A stretch of 63,683 nucleotides of DNA, the filler included, from Pelomyxa schiedti (lineage: Eukaryota > Protista > Evosea): the NCBI GenBank assembly GCA_020536535.1. It is 14 parts of 14 records of this genome, joined end to end, with 100 filler letters (N's around TTAATTAATTAA, not from the genome) between each part and the next. Parts side by side here need not be neighbours in the genome. Positions count along the whole stretch, not along the records: positions 1 to 11,941 come from JAHLWZ010001228.1; 13 more parts are not named here. One strand, given 5' to 3'. The notes beneath the pieces are model-generated. The model was not told the DNA's origin and ran no database searches. It was given only the letters and a program-made list of their open reading frames with translations. Shown here piece after piece: positions 1 to 12,041 of this stretch; within the stretch, counting starts at the first letter, position 1; every line of letters starts with the position of its first letter. The position numbers and the translations under genes were made by a program.

Positions 1-504
1 CGCAGCAACCACCTTGCCACTGCTGTCGATCACGCTGGGGCACTGTTGGGTGTCAGTGACCAGGAACCTGTCATCACCCACAGTGGCCTCGACCATCCAC
101 AAGCTGCTGCTGCTGCTGCTGCTGGTGGTGGTGGATGCATCCACACTCTCCTGCCAGTTTTCTTCTGCCGCCTGTGATGATTGTTGCACTGTGCCATCAC
201 CACCTCCTCCACTTTTGCCCCAGCACTTGCACCACACGACCCCGAGAGTGGAACTCAGCCCCGCAAACACATGCACCCTCGATGGCAGCAATTGTCCCAC
301 AATTGCGCCGTCGTGGTGGAAAAACAGCGTGGCGCCAAGTTGTCTGACGCAGCCGACGACCCACTGCCGGCCGAAATCCTCGAGCAGCCGATGAAATAGC
401 AGACGCGGGGGGCTGAGGCGGCCGCACCTGTCGATGACGGAGCCACAACCAAACGCCACGAACTGTGCCCGCGCGTCAACTACCGCTTCGATCTTCGTCG
501 TCAT
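1..504 (-). CDS. Lineage-expanded 'AxxQFxAL..RCG' family protein, 3' end outside the window
   Basis: ATG at 504 opens MTTKIEAVVDARAQFVAFGCGSVIDRCGRLSPPRLLFHRLLEDFGRQWVV..., with no stop before the window edge (hence absent from the ORF track). Confidence 0.7.
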   Translation of the reverse strand, partial: MTTKIEAVVDARAQFVAFGCGSVIDRCGRLSPPRLLFHRLLEDFGRQWVVGCVRQLGATLFFHHDGAIVGQLLPSRVHVFAGLSSTLGVVWCKCWGKSGGGGDGTVQQSSQAAEENWQESVDASTTTSSSSSSSLWMVEATVGDDRFLVTDTQQCPSVIDSSGKVVAA

Positions 505-558
505 CAACAGAAAAAAGTCCGTTCTTTCCCTCTGTTGATGGTTTGCTGGGGAATCTAA

Positions 559-2211
559 CTAGGTGGAACTGTGTATCCTTAGTGCAGTCAGTAGGTCCGT
601 GCCGGTTCGCACCCGCTTCATCACAGTGACGGAAGTGGTTTGGTTCTGGTCAGCAGCGAGCCTGAACCACCTGAGGGCCTCCCTCACATCCCTTGTTGTT
701 CCTGCCCCCTCCTTCATCACGTAGCACAGTGCCACGTTGAACTGTGCTGTGCGGTCACCAGATGTTGCTGAAAGTGTGTACAGCCTGAATGCCTCTCTCA
801 GGTCCACAGGAACGCCATAACCTCGGTTGTAACACAGTGCCAGGTTGTTTTGTGCCATGAGGCTCCCTGCGTTTGCAGCCTGCCTGAAGTATTTCACAGC
901 CAGGTGGTGCTGCTCTGGCACCTCCTCACCAGCACCCTCGAAGTACATCAGCCCAAGATGTTCCTGAGCAGTCCGGTCACCCTTGTCAGCAGCCAACTTG
1001 TAGAACTTCACAGCAAGTGTTGGGTTGGGCAAGTGTGAGGTTGTTCCTTGTCCTGTCAGAAGGGCCTTGGCGAGTTCCCTCTGTGCCAGTGTGTCACCTT
1101 GTGCAGCAGCAAGGCGGAACAGCCTCAGTGATTCTGTGGGGCCCACTGATGCCTGAAGCCCCAATTTTCGTTGTGACCACGGGTCTCCTTGTTCCACAGC
1201 CAACTTCAGCAACCGTGTTGCCTCTGCCTCATCTTGGTTCACACCACGGCCAAATTTGAAGCACAAAGCGAGGTTGCTGTATCCATAGACACTCTCCTGC
1301 TCACAGTTCTTTTGAAACAACCGAACAGCCTCCTCCAAGTTCTTTCCTGCACCGCGTCCTTCCTTGCACATGAGCGCAAGGCTCACTTGTGAGCCTGCGT
1401 GTCCCTTCTCAGCAGCAGATAAATGGAACTGGCGGGCCTTTGCAAAGTCCCTCTCAACACCACCTTTCCCTTCCTCATAGCACCATCCGATGTTAAAAAG
1501 GGATGGTCCGAACCCATAGGGCTCACACTCCAAATCCAGGAGTAATGCCCCACTCTTGTCCTCAGGTGTTCCGATGCCGTGGAACAAACACACCCCTCTC
1601 AGGTAGGTTCCAGCACACCACATGGCCTTTGCCTCTTCGTACTTCCGCTTTTCTTCTTGTGTCATTCCGGCAGTGTCCACATCAAGCCTGGGTTTGTTCA
1701 AACAAGCCGTATCCAGCACTCCTTTTAGAATCCGCAGTGATTCCGTGGAGGAATTCTTCACAGCAATCCTCAAACCCTCAGAGGGGAAAACGAGGTGTGG
1801 CCTGTACTCCTTGAACAGTGATGGTTTCCAGTTGTACAGACTCCTCAGCACCAGCAGTGCCAGTGCCCTCCACTTCCCTCCTCCTCCTCCTCCACAACAT
1901 GTACATTCGCATCGAAATTCACTCTCATCGTTATCAGCATCAACATATGTGTTGATGGGGTCAATCGTAGAGGCCAGGAGGCGATTCAAATCGAACCACT
2001 TGTGCCCCATCCCAGATGCACTTGTGGGAGGAGGAGCCCCGCATTGCGACTGGGAGGGCGACGGTGACGATGACGAGGCGAGGAGATCCAAGCAGGAGTG
2101 GTAGGTGCTGTCGAAGTCCCCGAGACCCAGTGACGTCACAATCGCCAGGCATGCACCCTCACCACCCTCGTTGTAATCGTCGGCCATGTGTACTTGAGCT
2201 CCTCCTGACAT
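559..2211 (-). CDS. Sel1-like repeat (SLR) protein, 550 aa, intronless
   Basis: Multiple Sel1 repeats, e.g. AQNNLALCYNRGYGVPVDLREAFRLYTLSA and AQEHLGLMYFEGAG. Confidence 0.92.
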   Translation of the reverse strand: MSGGAQVHMADDYNEGGEGACLAIVTSLGLGDFDSTYHSCLDLLASSSSPSPSQSQCGAPPPTSASGMGHKWFDLNRLLASTIDPINTYVDADNDESEFRCECTCCGGGGGGKWRALALLVLRSLYNWKPSLFKEYRPHLVFPSEGLRIAVKNSSTESLRILKGVLDTACLNKPRLDVDTAGMTQEEKRKYEEAKAMWCAGTYLRGVCLFHGIGTPEDKSGALLLDLECEPYGFGPSLFNIGWCYEEGKGGVERDFAKARQFHLSAAEKGHAGSQVSLALMCKEGRGAGKNLEEAVRLFQKNCEQESVYGYSNLALCFKFGRGVNQDEAEATRLLKLAVEQGDPWSQRKLGLQASVGPTESLRLFRLAAAQGDTLAQRELAKALLTGQGTTSHLPNPTLAVKFYKLAADKGDRTAQEHLGLMYFEGAGEEVPEQHHLAVKYFRQAANAGSLMAQNNLALCYNRGYGVPVDLREAFRLYTLSATSGDRTAQFNVALCYVMKEGAGTTRDVREALRWFRLAADQNQTTSVTVMKRVRTGTDLLTALRIHSST

Positions 2212-2266
2212 TTTTTGATCACAGATTCGTGTAGCTTTTCCGGAAAGATCTCAAGGGAAAAAAAAA

Positions 2267-3801
2267 TGATAAGCGACGGCAGTCCTCCGCCCTGTTTTTA
2301 CCGTGACAAAACCACAATTGCAACGAGGGACCAAATGGCCGCACTTGCCCTCGCGCTCCACCCAAGGTGCGGCATCCACGGCCCCCTTCTCCGCATTATG
2401 GGACGCAGCCACGCCCATAATTTCGTCCGCGAGCTTCTGTGGTGCGACCTGGTCCTCCCCACCCTCAGGGTGTTCATCATGGAGCTCACCGGGGCGTCAC
2501 TCTCTCCCTCGACCACAAACTTCCTCATGTTCGTCGTGTCGCCGTTGCTCCTCAGTGTGGAACTTGTGGCCCATCCCAGATGCACTTGTGGGAGGAGGAG
2601 CCCCACATTGCGACTGCGACGGCGACGATGACGAGGTGAGGAGATCCAAGCAGGAGTGGTAGGTGCTGTCGTAGTCCCCGAGACCCAGTGACGTCAAAAT
2701 CGCCAGACACGCATCATCGGACCCCTGCGTCTTCCTTATGGGTGGCACGCTGAAGGCCGTTGGGTCGACCTGAGGCACACTGTTCGGCTCCAATTCTCCG
2801 GGAACCTTTCTATCCGCGACATGGTCGTTGGCAGGGGTGATGGTGACGTGGAGGCTCCAATTGCAACTGGGGAGCTCTGCTTTGCCGATGAGTGGGACGC
2901 AAAGGGAAAATGGGCAGTCACTGTGACATACAACAGGAACGCGGGCCCAGGGCGTGGTGCTGTGGGGGGCGATGGATGTGGCGGGAATGTGAATGCACAA
3001 CCCCTTGTTGCGAATGTGACGGTTGTGTCCTTGAAGGATGCACTTGGTGTGAGGGGCTGTGTGTCACCCACGGGTGCCAGAAGCTGCTGCTTTGTCTGTG
3101 TCACCATGCCAATTGTGGTTGCGGCACCAGTGGCAATGCGTGCGTTCATAGACCCAGCTGCAGATGGTGAGGCAATCATCACCCAAGACACAACAAAGAG
3201 CGTTGTGGTGTTTGTTGTTGACTTGGAGCAGACGTACAAGAGCAGAAGCCTGGTTGTTTTGAGCAAAACAACGTGGGATATGCCAATTGGCCACCTATTT
3301 CTGGAACTGATCGTGCTGAGGGGCAGCACCAAATTGGCCCACCATTCTTCTCTCTCATCCCACAGACAACAACAACCAGATCGTATTTTCATTGTGACCA
3401 CTCTTCGGAATCAGAGCACATACAGGCTATTCCAAGTGGAGGAACTCACATGTTCCTCTGAACCCCTACTTCCTCCTCCAGGTCTTTCTGAGCACACTGT
3501 GGACAAAGTGCATCACTTGACAGGCTCATTGTTCTGTTTGACCTCGCACACCAGCGACCACAAGGAGACACAGTATGCTGTGTATCACTGCGACGATGTG
3601 ACACACCCCATTATGATACAGGGTGGGCTGCAGGGCAGCATTGAACCAGTGAATGGGCTCATCATCACCATTCACAATGACAGGATTGAAGCAACAGAGC
3701 CAACAACAAGGAGGACTGTGCTCACCATCCATTTCCCTAGTTCCAAGTGGCTTCACCTTGTGACAAAACCATTCTCCTGTTTCCTCTCTTCATCATTGTA
3801 A
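2267..3801 (+). pseudogene. 'ARDQxxAL..HPRCG' family gene interrupted by a 147-bp insert (2564-2710) copied from a Sel1 gene 5' region
   Basis: ORFs 2215-2631 and 2821-3801 are in the same frame. Removing 2564-2710 restores ...LLSVE-R-IIGPLRLPYGWHAEGRW.... The insert matches about 2000-2155. Confidence 0.7.
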
Positions 3802-4377
3802 GAAAACAACAAAAAGGAAGTTCCACCACAATTTTTAAAAATCCGTGCTTAAGTAACTTGGGTCAAATGTCCGACAGAAACTGAGCTAAAAAAAGCTACG
3901 GTTTTTCGGACTTTCCGCACTTTTAAAACTCCGCCAAACGCTCCCCAAAAGAACAAAAAAAAAATAAGAAACAAACAGGTAGGTCCTGCCGCGCACAATC
4001 GTACACACCACAACAAACAAAAATATGCTATGGGTGACCCACACACGAACCGTCTAACCCACACCCCAGGCAGCCACCACTACGACGATGTCGGCAACAA
4101 CAAGTCGCACTCGGGGTGGAAAACGGGGGGTTTGCTATAACGAACGGACGTTCGTCGGGTCACAACCAAATCAAACCAAAAGGCAACGCGGCAGCCCCGT
4201 TGTACAGATTGATGCGTATGATTGCGTCTCTGTTTGTGTGTGTGTGTTTTGAAGCGATTATTATTATAATTATATATAAATAGTGTGATAACGATGACAA
4301 TATTAAAGCGTGTGTTCGTTCGTTTTGGTTGGTTTTAAGTTTGCTTTTAACATTGTTGCAGGGAAAAGAACCGGACA

Positions 4378-5467
4378 ATGAGCGACCAACTGGTCAGGAT
4401 CATGGTGAGGCGATCGCGCAAGCACATCCGCGTTGTTGCACCGCGTGACGGGAACGAGATGAACCTCGTGCTGCACTGTGAGGCCTTCAACTCCTTCAAC
4501 GAGGACTCTGATTCCGCCAAGAAGGTGCTGTTCAAGGATGACCTTTACATTGCTTCCTGGGTGTTTGAAAAACCAGGATACGTTCTGTGCTACTTGCCGC
4601 ACTACGACGGAAGAACTCCAAACTGCCTGCCTCTGAAGGACGGCTGTCTCATCGCTTGTGAGGAGACTGCTTTGGTAACACTCCCCCCTTCCGCAACCGT
4701 TCTGTGCTTCAGTGACGGAATTTACCTCACCGCTGGGAACTTCTTGTTTGTCAACGAGACCCAGAAGTCCGGCAGCTCCAAAAACAACAACAATGCCGGC
4801 TGCTTCGAAGGGCCGTTGACACTCAGGCTGATTGTGTTGTGGAATGGAACTTGGATCAAGACGCCTCACTGCATTGGTTCGTTTTTTCTTTCTTCTTTTA
4901 TTTTGGTGAACAACTGCCAACTGACCCGCCAAAACAGTTACAAGACCCTGTTTGATAAAAACCACCGGAAAACAATATGCTGAAAACCTTGGCCCCACCA
5001 GCACCTCCACTCTGCCTCAGGTTCCTCTCACAACAAACAACAACAGCCCGGCATATATCCCCGATCCCCCTCTCAACACCCAAACATTCCCAGAAATCCA
5101 ATATATGTGCAGCAGCAACACCTCCTGTTATTGGGCTCATCAACAATGCTCCAATATTCCGATGCCGGTTGATAATACCAACATCGAACCACTTCCCCTT
5201 TATGACACAACCACAAGTTCACCATCGTCACCACCATTTTCACCAGCACCGTCGCAACAGGACTCAGCAGCAACCACCAGTGTTACCACCACACCACCAC
5301 AAACTGTGATTGTAACACCCTCTCTGTACACCTACAGCAATAGCTTCAACAACTTCACAACAGAAGAAGAAGCACATCAAACAGCAATTGCAGCATCACC
5401 AGAACAACTCTTCGTGGAACCACTCATGTGGGATTTCTGTTGTGATTTGTTCCCTGGACTTTTGTAG
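4378..5467 (+). CDS. Hypothetical protein, two exons (4378-4876, 4938-5467); globular N-terminus and S/T/P-rich acidic tail
   Basis: Intron GTTCGT...CTGAC...ACAG (4877-4937) joins the two ORFs in frame (PHCI-V-TRPCLIKTTGK). Confidence 0.7.
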
Positions 5468-5849
5468 TGCTATGTGTTTGTCTTCTTACAAAAAAGCATA
5501 ATTTATTCAGTGGCTTGTTATTATTATTGTCGTGATGATTCTTTCGCTTCCAGTAACAGGATGTAGTCATGGACGATCACACCCCACCGTCAACTCCTTC
5601 AAAAAAACACAAACAACTCACACTGTGCTTGTTTTTGAATGTGAAGCAGCAGAAATAGTGGGAGCGAGTGACGAGCCACTTGGCGATGGTGTCGTTCACT
5701 TGGTCCTGTGGTAATCCCGTTGATGGTGACGAAGAGAGTGCAACTGCGGCTGAAGTGCAACAACAAAGAAGAGTCTGCACAATAACAGTGAACGGAAGCC
5801 GGTTGCTCTCTGTGTGATTGAGCCAAGGGTTTGGTTTGGTTTGATTGGT

Positions 5850-6800
5850 TTCTGGGAGGTGGCGGAACACATACCGCAAATTGAGAGGCATGTCTGAACA
5901 ACAAGGAACAGGAAGTCCGGTGCTGTATAGAGGGTACCAGAAATAGCCGGCGGGGCGAACAAGGGAGAGTCGGGTGAGTGAAGGAGGGTATTCACTGTGC
6001 GGAGGCATGCCTCCCTCGTGGCAAGGCATTCAATAATAGCCAGTTCAGCTTCCAGACAAAGCCGGTTCAGCTCTGTGTGATGATTAATTGAGGAGGATGG
6101 GGATAAAGTCAAACCTTCAACATCAGGCGGTGGAAGTGATCTCTTTTGTTCCCCCAGGAACGATTTTTGCTGTGCAAGAGGCAGAGCTGCGAAAGCAGAA
6201 TCAAGGATTTCATCATGAGTCATCTCAGTGATCAGAATCCCAAAACTCCACACATCTCCTGAACAGGTGAAATTTTCAGTACTGGTTTGTATGGTGTGCT
6301 GCGTGTTTGTTGTGTGAAGGAACAGAGAAGAAACCTTTTGAAGTGTAACTGCCGGTCCGCATCTGAGGCGACATGTAAACCGGTGTGCCTTGTCCTTTGG
6401 TAACTGATTCTTCCCCACCTCTAGCATTCATTTCACGTGACACACCTTCCCCTTCTTCAGTGTGAGGGTGAACAGTGAAATACACACCTAAATCACATAT
6501 TTTTGGAGTACCACATGAATCCAAAAGGACATTGTTGCTGGTAAGATTTCGGTGCATGTAATTTTGTCTGTGTGAACAAGTAAGGATTGTTTTGATGTGT
6601 GGTGGTATCACTTTGAGATGATACCGGTGAAGGTTGTCCATTCCCCTGGAAATGCTGAGTGCAATTGCAGCAATTTCTTTCTGAGTTGTTTCTGTTTTGG
6701 ATTGGTCAGGTTGTCTGTCCTTGACAGAGAGGTGAACAAGAACCATGGATATATTTTGAGGCTTCACAGCAGAACTTCGCCTCTGAGACCATTAAACCAA
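5850..6800 (-). pseudogene. Degenerate TKL-type protein kinase fragment
   Basis: Motifs HRNLTSNNVLLD, KICDLG, GTPVYMSPQM and GDVWSFGILITEM spread over several frames; HRD and DFG are altered; boundaries approximate. Confidence 0.65.
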
Positions 6801-9115
6801 GTTCTGCATCATCAGGAATGTTGTCTCGTTTGTTCATTCAGGTTTCTGGGCCTAAATGCAAAGTCATAGTTGCCCCAATTCCGGAAATCGTGTCAATTGT
6901 CATTGTGTTTCAAAAAAAAAAACACAACATACATCAAATGCCGGCAAAAGACACAAAATGCCAGCTTACTTTTCTCAAAGGGTTATAATGAAAATTAGTG
7001 AATGAATTAGCTACTTCCGGCTCTCAAATGAATATATAAATCTCCGCACCTTATCATTGGGAAATCACCAGATAAAATCAAAATGGAAGCTGTGCATGAG
7101 TGAGATTCATTTAATAAATTCATTTAATAAATTCATTTAAATTTACAAATAGTTTATTCATTTTGTAAAGCACGTGGATTGGCAACTCCATGTATGGAAC
7201 CTAATGGAGGCATCAGAGGAGCTCAGGTGGATAAATCTCAAGAACCGTGCAGTTGTTGATTTGGAATGAGCATCCTATTTCATAAAAATCTGGGCAACAC
7301 CAAAAACCCACGACGCGAAGGCAGCAGAGCCAAGGCGCCAACAACAACATTGACATCCCAAGTACCAACAAACACGCCGTCTGCGACGCAAGGTGCTACG
7401 CTGCCATCTACGGCTGTAACCAGCTTACGGACCGCAAAATACGCACGCTGAAGATGTGCTTCTTCTCTGAAAAAAAGGAGGCAAAACAAACAACAAAAAG
7501 TCCCACCACCGCCCGACTATGACCTCCCTTGTCCCTTGTCCTCGAAGTGGTACGTGCCCGCGGGATATTTTGACACAACCGCAATGCCCGTACCATGGAG
7601 GTCGTCGACGCACCTGCTCTGGAAGCACCGTCAGCGGGTCCATGGACAAGCTGACGGCGTGGTTGAGGAGAAGGATGTCCTGTCGCACGGAGGATGTAGT
7701 ACCATCGCCACCACAGAGCGAGGCGAGTGGTGGTGGAATGGGATGAAGGGGGAAATGCGGAGCGGATTCCACCACCAACGACCTCAAGCTGGCGGGGCAG
7801 ACTCACGTGAGGGAACCAGATATCCAAGCATTGACTGCAGTTGAGAACGGTTTGTTTCGCCAGTCAACCTTATCTTACTGCTCTTCCTTAGCCGCATCGA
7901 ACAGTAGATGTGGCAAGTGGCACTGGCGCCCTGAGGCAATGCATTATTTATGCTAGATCTGAAATTCACTATGATAAAAACGATCTTCTTGGAGCCGTGT
8001 ATAGAGGCAAGTCCGGGGTTATAACTAGAACTAATACTTTCCAAAAGGACTACGGTCTTCCGACTATCTGAACAGAGATATTTATTTCTTTCAGAAATCA
8101 CAAGGCTTCCTGTTATCTTTTCCACATTTGTGGAACGCTTATGATGAATGCTGCAGCAGGTTCTCCAATTTCATAATGGGCTTTTCTCATGAGCGACAGA
8201 AAAAAATTGATGTCGAGCTTTCTGATACAAGCTTCGAGTCAATGAAGGGATTGTGTGAGAAGTATGCCAATGACATAAAACAGAAACTTCAAGTGGGAAA
8301 TTCTTGCGTACAGTGATAGGCTAAGCCGCTAATAGCTGGGGCGAACTAGAACATTGGGCCAAAGAAATTCATAGGGTACCAGTTGTCCTTATCGAAATAC
8401 AATTGCACCTATTACAGCAAACAGTGTATATAAGTTGTATTGTTCAAATTGACAATAAACTTGCAGACTATCCTACAATTGGTGTGAAACTAAACACCGC
8501 AATTAGATTGCCATTGTGCGGTGAGAGCTCAAAGCTGAAAAAAAGGACTGAAATGTGAGAAATGCAAACCGAAGTTGTTGTGAAAATAACAAAGAATACA
8601 TGAACGAAATTGATACAATAGGGAAACGGGGAATGGGTACCAGTCGTTTTTCCTTTGGCATGGCTATGCTTGCTGAGGGTGTACACCTGCCTGATGCATG
8701 AGCCGACAACGTAGTGCCTCAACATGGGCACCCATGAAAGAGGAAGGCAGAGTATGCAAGAGGTGTTTCCGCGTTGCGGTTGTGTGTTCAAATTGAAGGT
8801 GGGAAATAAAATATCCCCTCCCACAAGTATGACCCACATAAAAAACCATTGTTCTTTACCTTGCCACATCTACCCGTTTTTGGGAACAAAAACCCCCAAT
8901 GAAGGCTTCAATGTACATTGCATTGAAATGATCTAAGACCACATCTATGGCATTCTCTCAGTGACTCAATGACTCTTGGCCTTTATTTGGCTTAAAAATG
9001 GAAGAAAAATGTAAACAGCTTTTTGAACAAAACCACAGCAAATATTAATAGTATTTTTATTATATGTGTAAAACAGCTGCAGTGGGTGCTGGTGTGGGGA
9101 TGCGACAAAGCAGGG

Positions 9116-9476
9116 TGTTAGCTTCTGTGGGAAGAGAATAAAGCCCCACAGAGGGAAAAGAATGAAAGAGAGTGTGAGTGTAAAGGTTCTCTTGCTTGTT
9201 CTTGTGCTTGGGCTGCATGTGTGAAAAGGATAATTAATTTGGTGTGGTTAGGTGTGGTTAGCTTCGAAGCTACACTGTTGTCCAATTCTCAGTCAAGATT
9301 GCCTCAGAATCAATCACTTCTGCAGTCCACATTAGTGTGTTCTGTGTCTCATAAGATTGTCACTGCCTTATTCCAGTAATTCCATCAAGCCTGCATTAGA
9401 TCTCGAGAGTTGAGATTCGTACAGAGTCTGCATAGTGTCCATAGAGCTAAAGCTCGGGTACTTGCTAAAGTACACA
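9116..9476 (-). mobile_element. Solo LTR, family A (361 bp), TSD AGGG
   Basis: TGTGTA...CTAACA termini on the - strand; AGGG at 9112-9115 and 9477-9480; homologous to 34631-34991; an empty-site copy of the target (gacaaagcagggcaagcgc) lies at about 9653-9671. Confidence 0.88.
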
Positions 9477-9958
9477 AGGGCAAGCGCACCTGAGGCAACC
9501 GCGCGGCCGCGGGCACATTCTGGCCTCACTGTGAGCCTCAACACAAGGGACGGCGAAGGCCGCCGCCGTGACAGCTTGTGACCAGGAGGTGTGCAACTTT
9601 TTTCGGGTCCCGCTCGGTGGGCACAGCTGCAGCGGGCGCCGGTGCGGGGATGCGACAAAGCAGGGCAAGCGCACCTGAGGCAACCGCGCGGCCACGGGCT
9701 TTGGTGTTTTTGGCAACGTGATTGATGTGATTGATCCCACAACTGGGATTGTGTGCCTCACCATGAAGTTCCTTGCATTGGACACATTTAGTCTTTCCAT
9801 TGCCTTCTCTTGTTTCTCAGCATCTTGATCACACACTAGCACCAAACTCCTTGAAAAATGCATTTTTTTTTCTGTGAAACAACCAACTCTTTGTTGGCCT
9901 GAAAACTGTGGAACATGTGTCCTACCATACAACAGAACCAACTAGTAGTTTCTACTAT

Positions 9959-11592
9959 CTAAGTGTGGGAAATTTGTGTCCTCAGTGCAATCAGTACATC
10001 AGTGCCTGTTTCCACCAGCTTCACCACAGTGAAAGAAGCAGCATGGCATTGTTGAGCAGCGAGCCTGAACCACCTGAGTGCCTCCCTCACATCCCTTGTT
10101 GTTCCTGCCCCCTCTTTCATCACGTAGCACACCCCCACGTTGAACTGTGCTGTGCGGTCACCAGATGTTGCTGAAAGTGTGTACAGCCTGAATGCCTCAC
10201 CAAGGTCCACAGGAATGCCATACCCATGGTGGTAACACAGTGCCAGGTTGTTCTGTGCGAGGAGGCTTCCACTGTTTGCAGCCTGCCTGAAGTATCGCAC
10301 AGCCACGTGGCGCTGCTGAGGCACCTCCTCACCAGCACCCTGCAGATACATCATCCCAAGACGTTCCAGAGCAGTGAGGTCACCCTTGTCAGCAGCCAAC
10401 TTGAAGAATTTCACAGCAAGTGTTGGGTTGGGCAAGCGTGAGGTTGTTCCTTTTCCAGTTTGAAGTGCCTCAGCAAGTTCCCTCTGTGCCAGTGTGTCAC
10501 CTTGTGCAGCAGAAAGGCGGAGCAGGCTCAGTGATTCTGTGGGGTCTACAGATGGCTGAAGGGCCAACTTTTGCTGCGCCCATGGGTCTCCTTGCTCCAC
10601 ACACAGCCTCAGAAGCCGAGTTGCCTCTGCTTCATCTTTCTTCACACCTTTGCCAAATTTGAAGCACAAAGCGAGTTTGCTGTATCCATAGATACTCTCC
10701 TGCTCACAACTCTTTTGTAACCAACGAAAAGCCTCCTCCAAGTTCTGTTCTGCACCACGACCATTCATGTACATGAGCCCAAGGTATGCTTGTGAGCTGG
10801 CATATCCACTCTCTGCGGCTGCTAAATAGTACCTGAAGGCCTTGGCGAAATCCTTCTCAACACCACCCTGCCCTTCATCATATTCCCAGCCAAGTGAAGC
10901 AAGGGTGGGCACAAATCCATAAGGCTCACACTTCAGATCCAGGAGGACTGCGCCGCTCTTGTTCTTAGGTGTCCCAATGCCGTAGAACATGCATGATGCT
11001 CTCAGGAACATTCCAGCACACCACAGTGCCCTTGCCTCTTCGTGACTGCGGATTTCCTCAGCTGCCATTGCTGCTGTGTTCATATCAAGTTTGGGTGCGT
11101 TCAAACAAGCTGCATCCAGCACGTCTTTGGCAAACCGCAGTGATTCAGTGGAAGAATTCTTTGCAGTGATTATCAGCCCATCTGCAGGAAATACGAGGTG
11201 TGGCCTGTAATCCCTGAACAGTGACGGCTTCCCAAAGTAGACATACCTCAGCACCAACAGTGCCAGTGCCCTCCACTTCCCCCCTCCTCCCCCACATTGA
11301 AATTCACTCTCCTCATTAGAAGCATCATTGTCACCATCAACATATGTGTTGATTGGGTCAATTGTAGAGGCCAGGAGGCCATTAAAATCGAACGACCGGC
11401 GGTGGTGCCCCGTCCCAACTGCAATTGTGGGAAGAGCCTGCGACCGCGACCGCGACGAGGCGAGGAGATCCAAGCAGGAGTGGTAGGCGCTGTCGTAGTC
11501 CCCGAGACCCAGCGACGTCACAATCGCCAGGCCTGCTCCAATACCCCCACCTTTGTTGTTGGTGTCATCAGGATTCCCCAGCGGTTCGCCAT
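9959..11592 (-). CDS. Sel1-like repeat protein, paralog of 559-2211; start uncertain
   Basis: 520-aa ORF colinear with the first Sel1 gene. The ATG in a paralog-like context (gatcaaaATG, 11592) is out of frame, so the 5' end is frameshifted or spliced. Confidence 0.85.
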
Positions 11593-11941
11593 TTTGATCA
11601 CCACCTTTCTCCGAATGACCGGATGAGACTGATCACGGGGTTGGTGGAAGGGGCGCTGCCGCCTCCTTGAGAGCGCGAAATACTATATACCAGACACCCT
11701 CGGGGTCCGAGGCTTCGATTGGGAGAGGCTCTGAAGACGGTAATTTGGCTGCTGCAACAAAGGTGCACCCCGAAAAAAAAGAACCTCTCGAGGTTGTTGG
11801 GAGGTACAATCCCGCCGCCTCCTCCCATAATGTCACTGTCATCTCCATCACCTTCTTCGTACCAGTATGTTGTCGGTGTCGATGTTGCTGAGCAGACCGT
11901 ATCCGAGGTCAGGTTCCTGGCCTCCCTACCCACTCCCTCGC

Positions 11942-12041
11942 NNNNNNNNNNNNNNNNNNNNNNNNNNNNNNNNNNNNNNNNNNNNTTAATTAATTAANNN
12001 NNNNNNNNNNNNNNNNNNNNNNNNNNNNNNNNNNNNNNNNN
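11942..12041. other. Artificial contig linker (N44-TTAATTAATTAA-N44). The same linker occurs at 13844, 21339, 32042, 39139, 41440, 42631, 48581, 53159, 54282, 56352, 59014 and 62329 (100 bp each)
   Basis: Identical six-frame-stop spacer flanked by N runs, repeated 13 times. Confidence 0.98.

Noticed and set aside
7400-8320. Possible gene or transposase relic
   Set aside because: Only short ORFs without diagnostic motifs; no reliable splice model
11942-12041. Repeated TTAATTAATTAA motif as a biological repeat or CRISPR-like array
   Set aside because: Always embedded in N runs; it is an artificial contig joiner
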